Virus record (IMG/VR): IMGVR_UViG_3300033179_000002 | Location: 16,440-80,439 of that record | Strand: one strand, 5' to 3' | Length of the DNA stretch: 64,000 nt | Source: a virus | Taxonomy: Duplodnaviria > Caudoviricetes | Translations under genes and position numbers: made by a program | Shown here: positions 9,718 to 18,690 of the stretch, in pieces | Layout of the letters: every line of letters starts with the position of its first letter | Position numbering within the stretch: position 1 is the stretch's first letter | The notes under the pieces: generated by a model | What the model saw: only the letters and a program-made list of their open reading frames with translations | What the model was told of the DNA's origin: nothing | Databases searched by the model: none

Positions 9718-10283
9718 GCGGAAACCTCCACGGAAAGTGTTGGCGCACCGGCAGCACTGACGGCACTGACGGCGCTGACGGCGCACTGCCACAGCGGCGC
9801 CCGGTCGGCGACCGGCCACCCGGCCGGCACGTGTTCGATGCCGACGTCGGACACCCCGGACCAGCCGGCCCGGTCGAGCATCATCGCGACGATGGCGGCA
9901 TTGCATTCCCACAGATGCTCATCCCCCGGCCAGCGGTGCCCGCCGTGACGCAGCGAGTCGAGGGTGTGCCCCCACCGGAAATCGAACGTTCCGGCATCTA
10001 TCATCATCTCTGCCTTGATGAGGTCGGGGCCGACCACCATGATCTGACCGCCGGGGGCCATCAGCGGCAGCAGCCGGACCAGCAGATCACCGCAGTCCGC
10101 GATTGACAGGTGCTCCAGCACATGGCCGGCATAGATGTGGGTCACCGACCCGGCTGACCACGGCAGGGGCGCGGTCGACTGGGCCAGGTTCAGGGCGACA
10201 TCCTTGTGGTGCGGCGAGCCTTCGTGGTCGACGTTGGTCCAGCCGTCGGCGTACCGGTCCCCACACCCCAGGTTGAGTTTCAC
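9714..10283 (-). CDS. Class I SAM-dependent methyltransferase
   Basis: KLNLGCG, WTNVD, HVLEHL, LAPGG motifs. Confidence 0.85.
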   Translation of the reverse strand: MKLNLGCGDRYADGWTNVDHEGSPHHKDVALNLAQSTAPLPWSAGSVTHIYAGHVLEHLSIADCGDLLVRLLPLMAPGGQIMVVGPDLIKAEMMIDAGTFDFRWGHTLDSLRHGGHRWPGDEHLWECNAAIVAMMLDRAGWSGVSDVGIEHVPAGWPVADRAPLWQCAVSAVSAVSAAGAPTLSVEVSA

Positions 10284-10918
10284 TGCTCCCCTTCCGGGCA
10301 CGGGACGCCGTGCCATTTCTGCTGAAACATGTGTTCCCCGTGTGCCCACGCCTCGGCGCTGGCCTGCGACTTGAAACCCAGATCGACATGATGAAATGTG
10401 TCGATGTCGGCGACGACGTTGCGTCTGCCGGCCGCCCACGCGGTCATGCACACTTCGTCGTAGGAATGGAAGCCCGGGAAGCGTTCATCGAAGCGCACAT
10501 GCCGGACCGCCCACGGGGAGAAGGCCAGGATGCTGCCCTCCAGGATGGCGACATCCCCGGTGCGCGGGCCGAAGTCGAGCATCCGCCCGTTGATCTGCTG
10601 ATGCCCGACGGTGGGCCCGTTCCACCATGCGAGGCTGGCATCGCTGGTGCCGCCGCAGACGCCGACGAGCGCAACATTGGGGCCCGCAAGGGCTTCCAGG
10701 AGTTTCGCCTCCGCGTCCGGGTCGACGATTTCCAGGTCGTCGTGCAGCAGCACCACCGGCCCGTCACCGCCGGCCGCGTATCCATCGAGGATGGTGTTGT
10801 AGGCGACGGCGATCGAGGACTGGTTGTCCAGGCCGACGAATTCGCGGCCTTCAACCCGGGGGGCGACCCAGCGGGCGATACGCTCCCAGGAGCCGACGCA
10901 GGCGCCATAGCGGATCAC
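10280..10918 (-). CDS. Glycosyltransferase-like (GT-A)
   Basis: SIAVAYN, VLLHDDL, FDERFPGFHSYD. Confidence 0.8.
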   Translation of the reverse strand: MIRYGACVGSWERIARWVAPRVEGREFVGLDNQSSIAVAYNTILDGYAAGGDGPVVLLHDDLEIVDPDAEAKLLEALAGPNVALVGVCGGTSDASLAWWNGPTVGHQQINGRMLDFGPRTGDVAILEGSILAFSPWAVRHVRFDERFPGFHSYDEVCMTAWAAGRRNVVADIDTFHHVDLGFKSQASAEAWAHGEHMFQQKWHGVPCPEGEQ

Positions 10919-11643
10919 CACGGGTTGAATCCCCAAACCTCGCGGAAGGTTTCCCGGTCCCGGCCGGCCTGCTCGGCGAGCGCGCCGACAGTACTGGAGT
11001 TGGCGCCGGTGTTGGCGACGATCGGACCCGGCACAGTGAGCACTCCGCCAAGCTTGCGTGCCGTGAAATCCCAGGAAGTGTCCCCCCACCACCACCTGAG
11101 CCTCTCATCGGCCCGCTGGTCGAGCTCGCCGCGGGCCACAAACGCCCACGGCGTCATCCGGCTCCACAGGTCGCTGTCCGGTTCCGTCTTCAGCACCGGC
11201 CCCGGAATTCGGGCATATGCCGGGGTGCAGGCCACCGCCGCGGTCGGGTGGCCGCGCAGCGCCCCCGACACGACATTCCACCAGCCGGCCGGGACGTCGG
11301 CGTCATCGTTGAACACGGCCACATCATGGCCGGCGTAGTCGCCGCCGCGGACGTACTCCCGGGCGGCGTTGAGGCCGACATTCCACAGCCGGGACAGGTT
11401 CGGCGGCTGTTCCTCATCCCGGATGACGAACACCCGCACACCGAGCAGGAAGGTTCCCGGGGCCGCCGGGTCTTCCCGGCCCTGCGCGGGCCAACGCTCC
11501 GGCAGCTCGACCGGCGGCGTGGAAGCGTTGTCGATCACGAACACCGCATGGCACTGCGGGGCGATCGCATCAAGCAGCCGGGCGAGCTCGACAGGACGGT
11601 TGTGTGTCGGCACCACGGCGACACGGGGAAGCGGATCCATCAT
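10915..11643 (-). CDS. Glycosyltransferase family 2
   Basis: VVPTHNRP, VIDNAS, NLSRLWNVG, FNDD, WWWGD. Confidence 0.85.
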   Translation of the reverse strand: MMDPLPRVAVVPTHNRPVELARLLDAIAPQCHAVFVIDNASTPPVELPERWPAQGREDPAAPGTFLLGVRVFVIRDEEQPPNLSRLWNVGLNAAREYVRGGDYAGHDVAVFNDDADVPAGWWNVVSGALRGHPTAAVACTPAYARIPGPVLKTEPDSDLWSRMTPWAFVARGELDQRADERLRWWWGDTSWDFTARKLGGVLTVPGPIVANTGANSSTVGALAEQAGRDRETFREVWGFNPW

Positions 11644-12320
11644 GATTTCCCTCCCGGGAACGAGTCCGGCGGCATCAGGTCCAGCAGGGGCGAGCCCGGT
11701 GGGTTCGGTGGTTTCGGCGGCGTACGCGGAGCGTGCGGGTCGTCGATCAGCTTGCCGCCGAACCGCGCCCACTCCCGCAACTCGTGATCCTCAAAATCCC
11801 GGAGCGCCTCCAGCCAGAAGTTTCGGAAGAACTCGCGGCGCTCCTCCCGCGACCAGCCGTAACCCAGCTCACAGACCGGCTCCGGCACCGGATGCCGGCT
11901 GACAACCTTGACCTCTTTGCGCTGCATTGGCCGCTGCGTCCAATGCACCCCGGGGCCGTCCACGTCCTGGCGGGAATCCGGCACCTTCGCATGCAAGATC
12001 AACACCGGCACCCCCACCCACTGTCGGTTGAACGGCTCCAGGTTGCTGACGAGTATCCCCCGACGTTCCCTCGGTGGCGGCGGGTCGATCCGCATCGTCA
12101 CCCCGGGCTTGTAGCTGTACTGCCGCAACTCCCGGCGCAGCGCAGCAACAACCCGGTCGTTGTGACCCTCCCAGTCGGCGATCCGGTCGCTGTACCGCTT
12201 GTTGTGGCGGTCGTCGAGATGGTCGAGCGCCCACGGGTCATCCTCCGAGGCGTAGGCGACCGGCATGAAGCTGTACGGCTCCCGGGGGAACAGGTCTGCA
12301 TAGTCGTCGTCGTAGGGCAA
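11640..12320 (-). CDS. Hypothetical protein
   Basis: Coupled between GT genes; TTG start after GGAG. Confidence 0.5.
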   Translation of the reverse strand: MPYDDDYADLFPREPYSFMPVAYASEDDPWALDHLDDRHNKRYSDRIADWEGHNDRVVAALRRELRQYSYKPGVTMRIDPPPPRERRGILVSNLEPFNRQWVGVPVLILHAKVPDSRQDVDGPGVHWTQRPMQRKEVKVVSRHPVPEPVCELGYGWSREERREFFRNFWLEALRDFEDHELREWARFGGKLIDDPHAPRTPPKPPNPPGSPLLDLMPPDSFPGGKS

Positions 12321-12369
12321 GGCGCACACTCCGTGGTGGTGGTCGGGTCTGCCGGTCGAGCGGTCCGGG

Positions 12370-13464
12370 TCAGGTCTGCAGGGTGCGGTACGCGTCGACC
12401 CACCGATGGGCGGTCGCCTCGACACTCCAGGCGACCGCGGCCAGCCGGCCCGCCTCGCCCATCGTGCGGCGCAGCCCCGGATCGGCGAACGCGCGCAGCG
12501 CCTCCAGCCACTCCTCCGGGGTGTCGACGAGGAAGCCGTCAACACCGTGCCGCACCCACGGCCGGTATGCGGGCACATTCGAGGCCACCACCGGGATGCC
12601 GAGGGCAAGACTCTCCTGGACGCGCAACCCCGACTTCGAGCGGTTGAACGTGGTGTCGGCAAGGGGGGCGAGAGTGACGTCGAACTTCGACACCCGCTTG
12701 TAGTACGCGCTGATGTCCGTCGTCCAGCCGAGGGCGTCGATCCGGTCCACCGCCACCCCGCGCGACACCAGCCTTCCCCAGTGCGGGGTGCCGAGGAAGC
12801 GGAGCTGGGATACGCCGTCCGTGGTCAGCAACTGGAACATGGCCTCCTCGGCCTGCAGCCAGTCCTGATGATGGGTGGCGGAACCCTGCCAGCCGTAGAC
12901 GATCCGGCCGGCATCCTTGCCGCGCCGCGACGGCGCCGGAATGTCGAAGACCTCGGCGCGCACCGCGTTGGGGATGACGGCAACGTTGCGGTTCCACTGG
13001 CGCAGCACCGCGGCGAGGGGTTCCGTGGTGACGGTCACCAGGTCCGCGGCCCGCAGGTTGTCGATCATGTTGGTGCGCACTGCCGGAATGTGGAACATCT
13101 CCGCGTGCGGGTTCACTGTCGGGTCGATGTTGAACAGGTCATCGTCGACCTCATACACCATCCGGCGCCGGCCCTGCCGTTTCGCCTCCGCGCACAGCAG
13201 CTGCCACATCGCCGACGGGGGTGCGGTCGCGAGACGCTGCCCGACGATGACATCGGCGTCTTCGCGGGCCTCGGCGTCCATGCGCTGGCTGATCCGCACC
13301 TCGTGGCCGAGGCGGGACAGCTCAGCACCCGGGATCTTGATCCGGTAGGTTGCGCACCCGTCCTCCAGGTTCGCCGGCCAGAAGAAGATCTTGAGCGGCC
13401 TCTCCGGGGGCGCGGCGGGGCGCAGCCGGTCGGCGAGCCGCACAACCTCGGGGGTGGCCGTCAT
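12370..13464 (-). CDS. Glycosyltransferase, GT-B fold (GT4-like)
   Basis: YEVDDDL, VTVTTEPLA, VIPN, FNRSKSGLRVQESLALGIPVVAS. Confidence 0.85.
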   Translation of the reverse strand: MTATPEVVRLADRLRPAAPPERPLKIFFWPANLEDGCATYRIKIPGAELSRLGHEVRISQRMDAEAREDADVIVGQRLATAPPSAMWQLLCAEAKRQGRRRMVYEVDDDLFNIDPTVNPHAEMFHIPAVRTNMIDNLRAADLVTVTTEPLAAVLRQWNRNVAVIPNAVRAEVFDIPAPSRRGKDAGRIVYGWQGSATHHQDWLQAEEAMFQLLTTDGVSQLRFLGTPHWGRLVSRGVAVDRIDALGWTTDISAYYKRVSKFDVTLAPLADTTFNRSKSGLRVQESLALGIPVVASNVPAYRPWVRHGVDGFLVDTPEEWLEALRAFADPGLRRTMGEAGRLAAVAWSVEATAHRWVDAYRTLQT

Positions 13465-13524
13465 CGTGTCCTCCATCAGGGGTGGGCCGGGGCCTGAGTC
13501 CAACAGGTCCCGGCCCATGATCTC

Positions 13525-13824
13525 CTATAGGTCGTGCGAACAGCAGGGGCAGACCCAGATCCCCGACGGCCGCCGGATGCGGATCCGCCGCCACCACGGC
13601 TGACGGACATCCCAGAGACCCAGCGGCTTACCGAGACGCCACGACAGCCGGGCGTCGTGCAGGCTGAGCAGCCAGCCCCAACGCCACGCATGCCCGCATT
13701 CACCACAGCAGGCCGCCCACTTCTCCGGGCCGTCCCGGCCACACGCCCAGCAGTGCACACCCGCACACGCCGGGCCGCCCCCATGAGGCGGTCCGGCGTG
13801 CGTGAAACGGCTGAGCAGAATCAC
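13525..13824 (-). CDS. Cys-rich putative Zn-binding protein
   Basis: CWAC, CCGEC and CPCC motifs. Confidence 0.5.
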   Translation of the reverse strand: MILLSRFTHAGPPHGGGPACAGVHCWACGRDGPEKWAACCGECGHAWRWGWLLSLHDARLSWRLGKPLGLWDVRQPWWRRIRIRRPSGIWVCPCCSHDL

Positions 13825-14360
13825 CAGGACTCATCCGGCGACGGCGCGGCGGGCTGCGCGGCCTGCTGGCTGCGCTGCGTCTCCGCCGACGGCGTCGCCG
13901 TCTGCGCGGCCGGCTGGGCCTGCTGGCCGGCCGGGCGGGTCTTGCTCGCGCTGCCCCACTCCTCGTCGCCGCCGCCGGCCGCCTGACCGCCGCCCTTCGC
14001 CATCCTCGTCACCTTCGCGGTCGCGTAGCGCAGCGACGGGCCGACCTCGTCGACCTCCAGCTCCGTCACCGTCACCTTCTGGCCTTCCTTGGTCTCGAAG
14101 GTGCGCTGCCCGAGCCTGCCCGACACGATGACCCGGGCACCCTTCTCCAGGGTTTCGGCGACGTTCTCGGCGAGCTGACGCCAGGCGGTGCAGGTGAGGA
14201 ACATGGCCTCCTTGTCCACCCATTCCTGTTTCGTCTTGTCGAAGAAGGTCGGGGTGGAGGCGACCCGGAACTTGGCGACGGCGGCGCCGCCCGCGGTGAA
14301 ACGCAGCTCCGGGTTGTCGGTCAGGTTGCCGATCAAGGTGATGGTGGTGTCGTTGGCCAT
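13821..14360 (-). CDS. ssb: Single-stranded DNA-binding protein
   Basis: Actinobacterial SSB signature [16 protein letters not shown]...[15 protein letters not shown]. Confidence 0.95.
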   Translation of the reverse strand: MANDTTITLIGNLTDNPELRFTAGGAAVAKFRVASTPTFFDKTKQEWVDKEAMFLTCTAWRQLAENVAETLEKGARVIVSGRLGQRTFETKEGQKVTVTELEVDEVGPSLRYATAKVTRMAKGGGQAAGGGDEEWGSASKTRPAGQQAQPAAQTATPSAETQRSQQAAQPAAPSPDESW

Positions 14361-14435
14361 GATGCTTCGGCTCCTACTTCTCGGGTGTCGTACTGGACGG
14401 TGGTACGTGATGCGGTGTGCGATGTGCTGGCGATG

Positions 14436-14642
14436 CTATTCGGGGCGGATGCCGACGCGTTCATCGCCGTAGTGCACGAAGCTGACCCTGCCGGTCCGCC
14501 CGGCCATCGAGTCGCCCGGCTGGACGATCTGGACGACCTGATCGGGGATCGGCAGGCCCCGGAACTCGGCGAACGTCAACACGCGGGTCCGTCGGTCGAA
14601 CCGGTCCCGCGGCGCCGACGCCGGGATGTGCACGATGTGCAT
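14436..14642 (-). CDS. Hypothetical protein
   Basis: GGAAGG RBS before ATG; downstream of palindrome. Confidence 0.4.
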   Translation of the reverse strand: MHIVHIPASAPRDRFDRRTRVLTFAEFRGLPIPDQVVQIVQPGDSMAGRTGRVSFVHYGDERVGIRPE

Positions 14643-14688
14643 GGACGGCCTTCCGGTGGTGGGGAGGAACACCGTCCATACCATCATG

Positions 14689-14706
14689 TGTCACACCGTG
14701 TGTCAA
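14689..14706 (-). promoter_or_regulatory. Palindrome variant with minus-strand TTGACA
   Basis: TGTCACA-CCG-TGTGTCA-A, one mismatch; no clear -10. Confidence 0.65.
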
Positions 14707-15096
14707 TCAGTCGTTCCATCCGGCGCCGTTGCCCGCGCCCGGCTCGTACCCGGTGGGCGGGTCTTCGCCGCCGAGGTCCATCGGCAGCCGCTCCGATGGC
14801 TCCGTCGCCTCGACCTTCTCGGCGTCGGCACGCTGACCACGGGCGCGGCCCATCAGCCGGGCAGCATCGTCGGCAAGCGCCCCGGCGGGCAGGCCCTCCA
14901 CCCGGGCGATGTACGTCTCGGGCTCCAGCACCCCGCCGGGGTACCGGCGCACCATCTTCGTCCCCACCTCCATGATCACGTACGCGCTGCCCAGGTCGCG
15001 GCACAGCTGTCCGTGCACAGATTCCAGGCCGTTCGCCTTGCCTTTCGGCAGCCTCGCGGTCAGCTTGACCGGTCGTTCATCCACTGTGGACCTCAT
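14707..15096 (-). CDS. Hypothetical protein
   Basis: Coupled in leftward operon. Confidence 0.5.
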   Translation of the reverse strand: MRSTVDERPVKLTARLPKGKANGLESVHGQLCRDLGSAYVIMEVGTKMVRRYPGGVLEPETYIARVEGLPAGALADDAARLMGRARGQRADAEKVEATEPSERLPMDLGGEDPPTGYEPGAGNGAGWND

Positions 15097-15632
15097 CCCT
15101 TTTTCGCGTAGGTGCTGGCCAGGATGCCGAGCACCCGGGCCGCGATGTCGTCGGCGTCGTCGAGCTCGACCCCGGAATGCTGCCCGAGCACGAGGCGGAT
15201 CCGGGCCAGAACGTCCGGGTCGTCGGGCCAGAACAGCACCGGCCACACCTCCCGGACCCCGGTGCCGTCGATGCGCACCCGGAACGGGGTTTCGACGTCC
15301 GGATGGTCGTGCCGGCAGTCGAGGACGCCGACGAAACGGTGCGTGGCGCCGAACTTGCGCGCCAGATCGCGCAGGTCGTGCATGACATCGTCGTGCCGCA
15401 GTTCCTCACCGACGATCTCGACGCCGACCCCGGAATGCCTGGTGAGCTGCCCCTCGGCGGTCTGGACGGTTTCGGTGTCGACGATCAGCCGGGGGCCGTA
15501 GCGGGTGCGGCTACGGAAACTCTCCGTGTAGTGGTCCGGGTGCCCGCTCCAGGCCTCGGATTCCTGGATCTCCGGCCAGGTCAGCGGCGGCTCGATGGCG
15601 AATGTGCCGTGGTAGATCGTGTGGGTGCCCAT
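15093..15632 (-). CDS. Hypothetical protein
   Basis: AAAGGA RBS; coupled. Confidence 0.55.
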   Translation of the reverse strand: MGTHTIYHGTFAIEPPLTWPEIQESEAWSGHPDHYTESFRSRTRYGPRLIVDTETVQTAEGQLTRHSGVGVEIVGEELRHDDVMHDLRDLARKFGATHRFVGVLDCRHDHPDVETPFRVRIDGTGVREVWPVLFWPDDPDVLARIRLVLGQHSGVELDDADDIAARVLGILASTYAKKG

Positions 15633-15645
15633 GGTCACCAGTCCT

Positions 15646-16422
15646 TTACGTGGTGGGCGCGGTCGGGTGGGCGAGGTCGACACAGTAGGGAAAACACGGG
15701 TCGACGTACGATTCCGGTTTCGTCTTGCGAAAATGTGCCTGCAGCCCGGCCGCCTGCCCGGCGCGCCAGCCCTTCTGCGCGGCGTGCAGCTCGGCGAGAC
15801 CCAGCCGGCCGATCCGGGGATGCCGTTCAACGATCGCAACCGCGACCCGGACGGCGGCGAGCGCATCGGCGTCGGCGGTGTGTGCCTTCGTCAGCGGGAC
15901 CCCGTAGCGGGCCGCGGTCGCCGTCAGCTTGCGCTGGCCGACACCGGACACGTACCGGTCCACTTCCTTGTCGAGCACGTGCGCGTCGATGATCGGGCCG
16001 ACCATCGCATCCCGGGGCCGTCCGAGACGCTCGGCGACGGTGGGCAGGTCGTTGCGGATGCACTCCCAGTGCAGCAGCGCCAGATCGTACGGCAGGTTAA
16101 AGCCCGCCACCGGAATCCGGGCCAGCAGCGACCGGGCGACCGCCTCGGCGATGCTGTTGACACCGTCGGCCGGCATGCAGCCTTTCGCCTGCGCGATCTC
16201 GTCGGTGATGCCGTTGACCTCGGTCGCCCCCGGCGGGATCGGCACCCCGGGATTGATGAGCACCTGCGCGCCGATGCTCCGGCGGCGGCCTTCGGCGCGA
16301 CCCAGCACCGTGGACACGTAACCGGTGACGATCCGGGCCTCCCGGGTGTCGATGCCGGTCGATTCGAGGTCGAAGGGGGTCAGCGGGCCCAGATGCCACG
16401 GAGTGGCGGCGGGGGCGTTCAC
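15646..16422 (-). CDS. DnaQ-like 3'-5' exonuclease
   Basis: FDLESTG, AGFNLPYDL, IIDAHVLD, AHTADADA (DEDDh). Confidence 0.9.
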   Translation of the reverse strand: MNAPAATPWHLGPLTPFDLESTGIDTREARIVTGYVSTVLGRAEGRRRSIGAQVLINPGVPIPPGATEVNGITDEIAQAKGCMPADGVNSIAEAVARSLLARIPVAGFNLPYDLALLHWECIRNDLPTVAERLGRPRDAMVGPIIDAHVLDKEVDRYVSGVGQRKLTATAARYGVPLTKAHTADADALAAVRVAVAIVERHPRIGRLGLAELHAAQKGWRAGQAAGLQAHFRKTKPESYVDPCFPYCVDLAHPTAPTT

Positions 16423-16571
16423 CGTTTCGCCGTCCGGTGCTGGCAGGTGCAGGAGTTGCCGCCGGCCGCGCACCGCTGGTGGCCGTGCAGGTTCCGGCGC
16501 TGCTCCCGCCGGGTGGCGACGATGAGGCCGCCGGACTGGTCGGCCGCCGCGCGGCAGTCGAGGCAGATCAT
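16419..16571 (-). CDS. Small Cys/His-rich protein (50 aa, not in ORF track)
   Basis: Hand translation MICLDC...HGHQRC...CTCQH; overlaps both neighbours. Confidence 0.5.
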   Translation of the reverse strand: MICLDCRAAADQSGGLIVATRREQRRNLHGHQRCAAGGNSCTCQHRTAKR

Positions 16572-16885
16572 GCGTGTCCCGCTCTCTTGCTCGCCGCAGT
16601 CCGCTTCTGTGCGGCCTGGCAGACTTCAACGTGCGGCACATACAGGGCTTTCACGGCAAACGCCCGATGGATCTGGCTCTGCGTCAGCTTCTCCGCAAGC
16701 TGCCTGCCCTCCGGCAGATGGTCGGAGGCGATGAGTTTGATCCGGGCGCCCAGCTCCCAGGTCGACGGTTCGGCGTCGATGTCGAGCCGCCCCGCCCCCC
16801 TGGCCGTCAACATCGTCACCGTGGCCACCAGCCGTTTGCACCGGCTGTGCCCGCATGGGCGCGGAACCGCGCGCAGCGTCGTCAT
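16568..16885 (-). CDS. Hypothetical protein
   Basis: ATGA coupling. Confidence 0.45.
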   Translation of the reverse strand: MTTLRAVPRPCGHSRCKRLVATVTMLTARGAGRLDIDAEPSTWELGARIKLIASDHLPEGRQLAEKLTQSQIHRAFAVKALYVPHVEVCQAAQKRTAASKRAGHA

Positions 16886-17085
16886 CGCCGACGATCCCCG
16901 CGGCCTGCCCACCGGCCGATCAGCAGGCACACCGCGACCAGGCCGACGAATCCGCACAGCCAGGCGGCCTGTCCGCCGGTGATGCCGGGGTTGTGCAGCG
17001 GCGGCAGCGTCGGGCGGGGCCGGCCCGGTTCCGAGGTCGGCGCCAGCAGGGTGACAACCCCGGCGAGGGTGTAACTCAACGCCAT
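16882..17085 (-). CDS. Small membrane protein
   Basis: C-terminal TM segment; coupled. Confidence 0.45.
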   Translation of the reverse strand: MALSYTLAGVVTLLAPTSEPGRPRPTLPPLHNPGITGGQAAWLCGFVGLVAVCLLIGRWAGRGDRRR

Positions 17086-18629
17086 GACACCGCCCCCGCC
17101 TTCAGGCCGGCGCGCAGCCGGGCGAGCTGCAGGCCGGTCGCCTGGCCGAGATGTTCGACGCCGAAGGTGCGGATCACGAGCGCGCCCACCTCGCCCGTGG
17201 TCAGCGGCGGCGCCTGCAGCCCACCCCCGGTCAGGAGCAGGGTGTACAGCTCGTCGGCGTCGTAGTCGCCGTCGGGGACCTGCGGCAGCGGATCGGGTTC
17301 GCCTTCGACGACACCCTCGACCGGCGCCTCGAACATGTCGCCGAGGACACCCGGCGAGAACGGGTTGTCACCGATCTTCGTGAACTCGATGCCGCCGACA
17401 GTCACCGTGTCGCCAACCGCGGCCTCGAACTCGGCGTAGCTGCGGGCCTGATCGTCCGTGGCCAGCCAGTGCGCCGGCCCGCCCGCCTCGACGATCGCCG
17501 CATGGTCGGCGCCGCGGGCAACCGCCTCGTCATACTGCGCCAGCTCGTCGGCGAAGAATCCCCGGCCGCCGGCCAGCGCGGCGTCGCGCGGATCGGCGGC
17601 CTCCTGCTCTGCCTCCTGCGCTGTCGCCGCCATCTCCTCCGCGGCCCTGATCGCATTGCGCTTCGACATCCAGGCGTCGATAACCGTCTGATCGCCGATG
17701 CCACGCTTCTTGAGCCCGGAACGGATACCGTCGAGGCGGGGCAGGCCGGGCGCGCCCTCGATCGCAACCAGGATGCGCTGACGTTCCTCGTCGTCGAGCT
17801 CCACCACCGCGGGCACCGCCTCCGGCTCTACCGCGGGGACGGAAGCCGCCGCCGGGGCCGCCCCGATGGCCTGCCGGACGGTGCCGCCGATCATCGCCGA
17901 ACCGCCCGAGGCAATGATCGCCTGCGTCAACTCCTCGCCCCCGGCCATGATCTGCTTGACCGTCAACTGCGGGGTGTCGAGCCACGGCACATAGAAGTTC
18001 TTCGTCTCGAACTTGCCCTTCTCCGGGTTCCACTCCCGGCGGGTCTCGGCGCGCAGCCGCAGGACGGCCGGGATGGCGATGCGGGCCGTCGCGATGAACG
18101 GCCCCAGCGGCGCGATCTCCTGGCAGGCGTTCTCGCCGTGCGACTCCAACATCCACGACCCGAACCCGGGCGCCTCGGCCAGCATCAGTTGCACCCGGAT
18201 CGTCGGCTTGCACAGCTTTCTGGCGTCGGCCGGCCGGTCCGGGCCATTACACAGGCACGCCGACCCGTCGACCTTGTTGACGATGCCGTCGCACCGGCGG
18301 ATACAGGTCCGGCCGGACCCCCACGCCTCATACCAGGGCTCGACGTCCTGACCGTTGACGATCAGCACCGGAACCGCCTTCAGCGCGGTGATGACCTCCC
18401 ACTGCGGTTTCGTCGACCCCTGCGGGATCCACTGCTCGGCGGTGCCGCCGTACGCCTGCGCGATGGCGTGCACCCGGTTGCCGTCCTCGGAGGTGAAACG
18501 GAACGTGTCGATCTTCTCCGGGTAGCGGCCGTTGTAGACGCCGAGGCGGATCTTGCCGACGGTGACCATCCGGCCCTGGAACTCCCGGAACTCCGCCAGG
18601 TCTCTACTGATCATGCGCACGATGGCCAT
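17076..18629 (-). CDS. Gp3-like (RDF-like) recombination protein
   Basis: GKIRLG, FRFTS, CIRRCDG, C.CNG..., CKPTIRVQLML...GSWMLESHG pattern; next to exonuclease. Confidence 0.65.
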   Translation of the reverse strand: MAIVRMISRDLAEFREFQGRMVTVGKIRLGVYNGRYPEKIDTFRFTSEDGNRVHAIAQAYGGTAEQWIPQGSTKPQWEVITALKAVPVLIVNGQDVEPWYEAWGSGRTCIRRCDGIVNKVDGSACLCNGPDRPADARKLCKPTIRVQLMLAEAPGFGSWMLESHGENACQEIAPLGPFIATARIAIPAVLRLRAETRREWNPEKGKFETKNFYVPWLDTPQLTVKQIMAGGEELTQAIIASGGSAMIGGTVRQAIGAAPAAASVPAVEPEAVPAVVELDDEERQRILVAIEGAPGLPRLDGIRSGLKKRGIGDQTVIDAWMSKRNAIRAAEEMAATAQEAEQEAADPRDAALAGGRGFFADELAQYDEAVARGADHAAIVEAGGPAHWLATDDQARSYAEFEAAVGDTVTVGGIEFTKIGDNPFSPGVLGDMFEAPVEGVVEGEPDPLPQVPDGDYDADELYTLLLTGGGLQAPPLTTGEVGALVIRTFGVEHLGQATGLQLARLRAGLKAGAVSWR

Positions 18630-18690
18630 CCGGTCATCCTCTCGTGGTGGGGTCCGGCAGGCCGGGGTGCCAGCCGGTAGAACGCATGTA

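Noticed and set aside
12043-12060. Self-target for guide TTGCTGACG
   Set aside because: Only one 9-mer matches; the adjacent bases do not match the partner guide. No systematic search was possible
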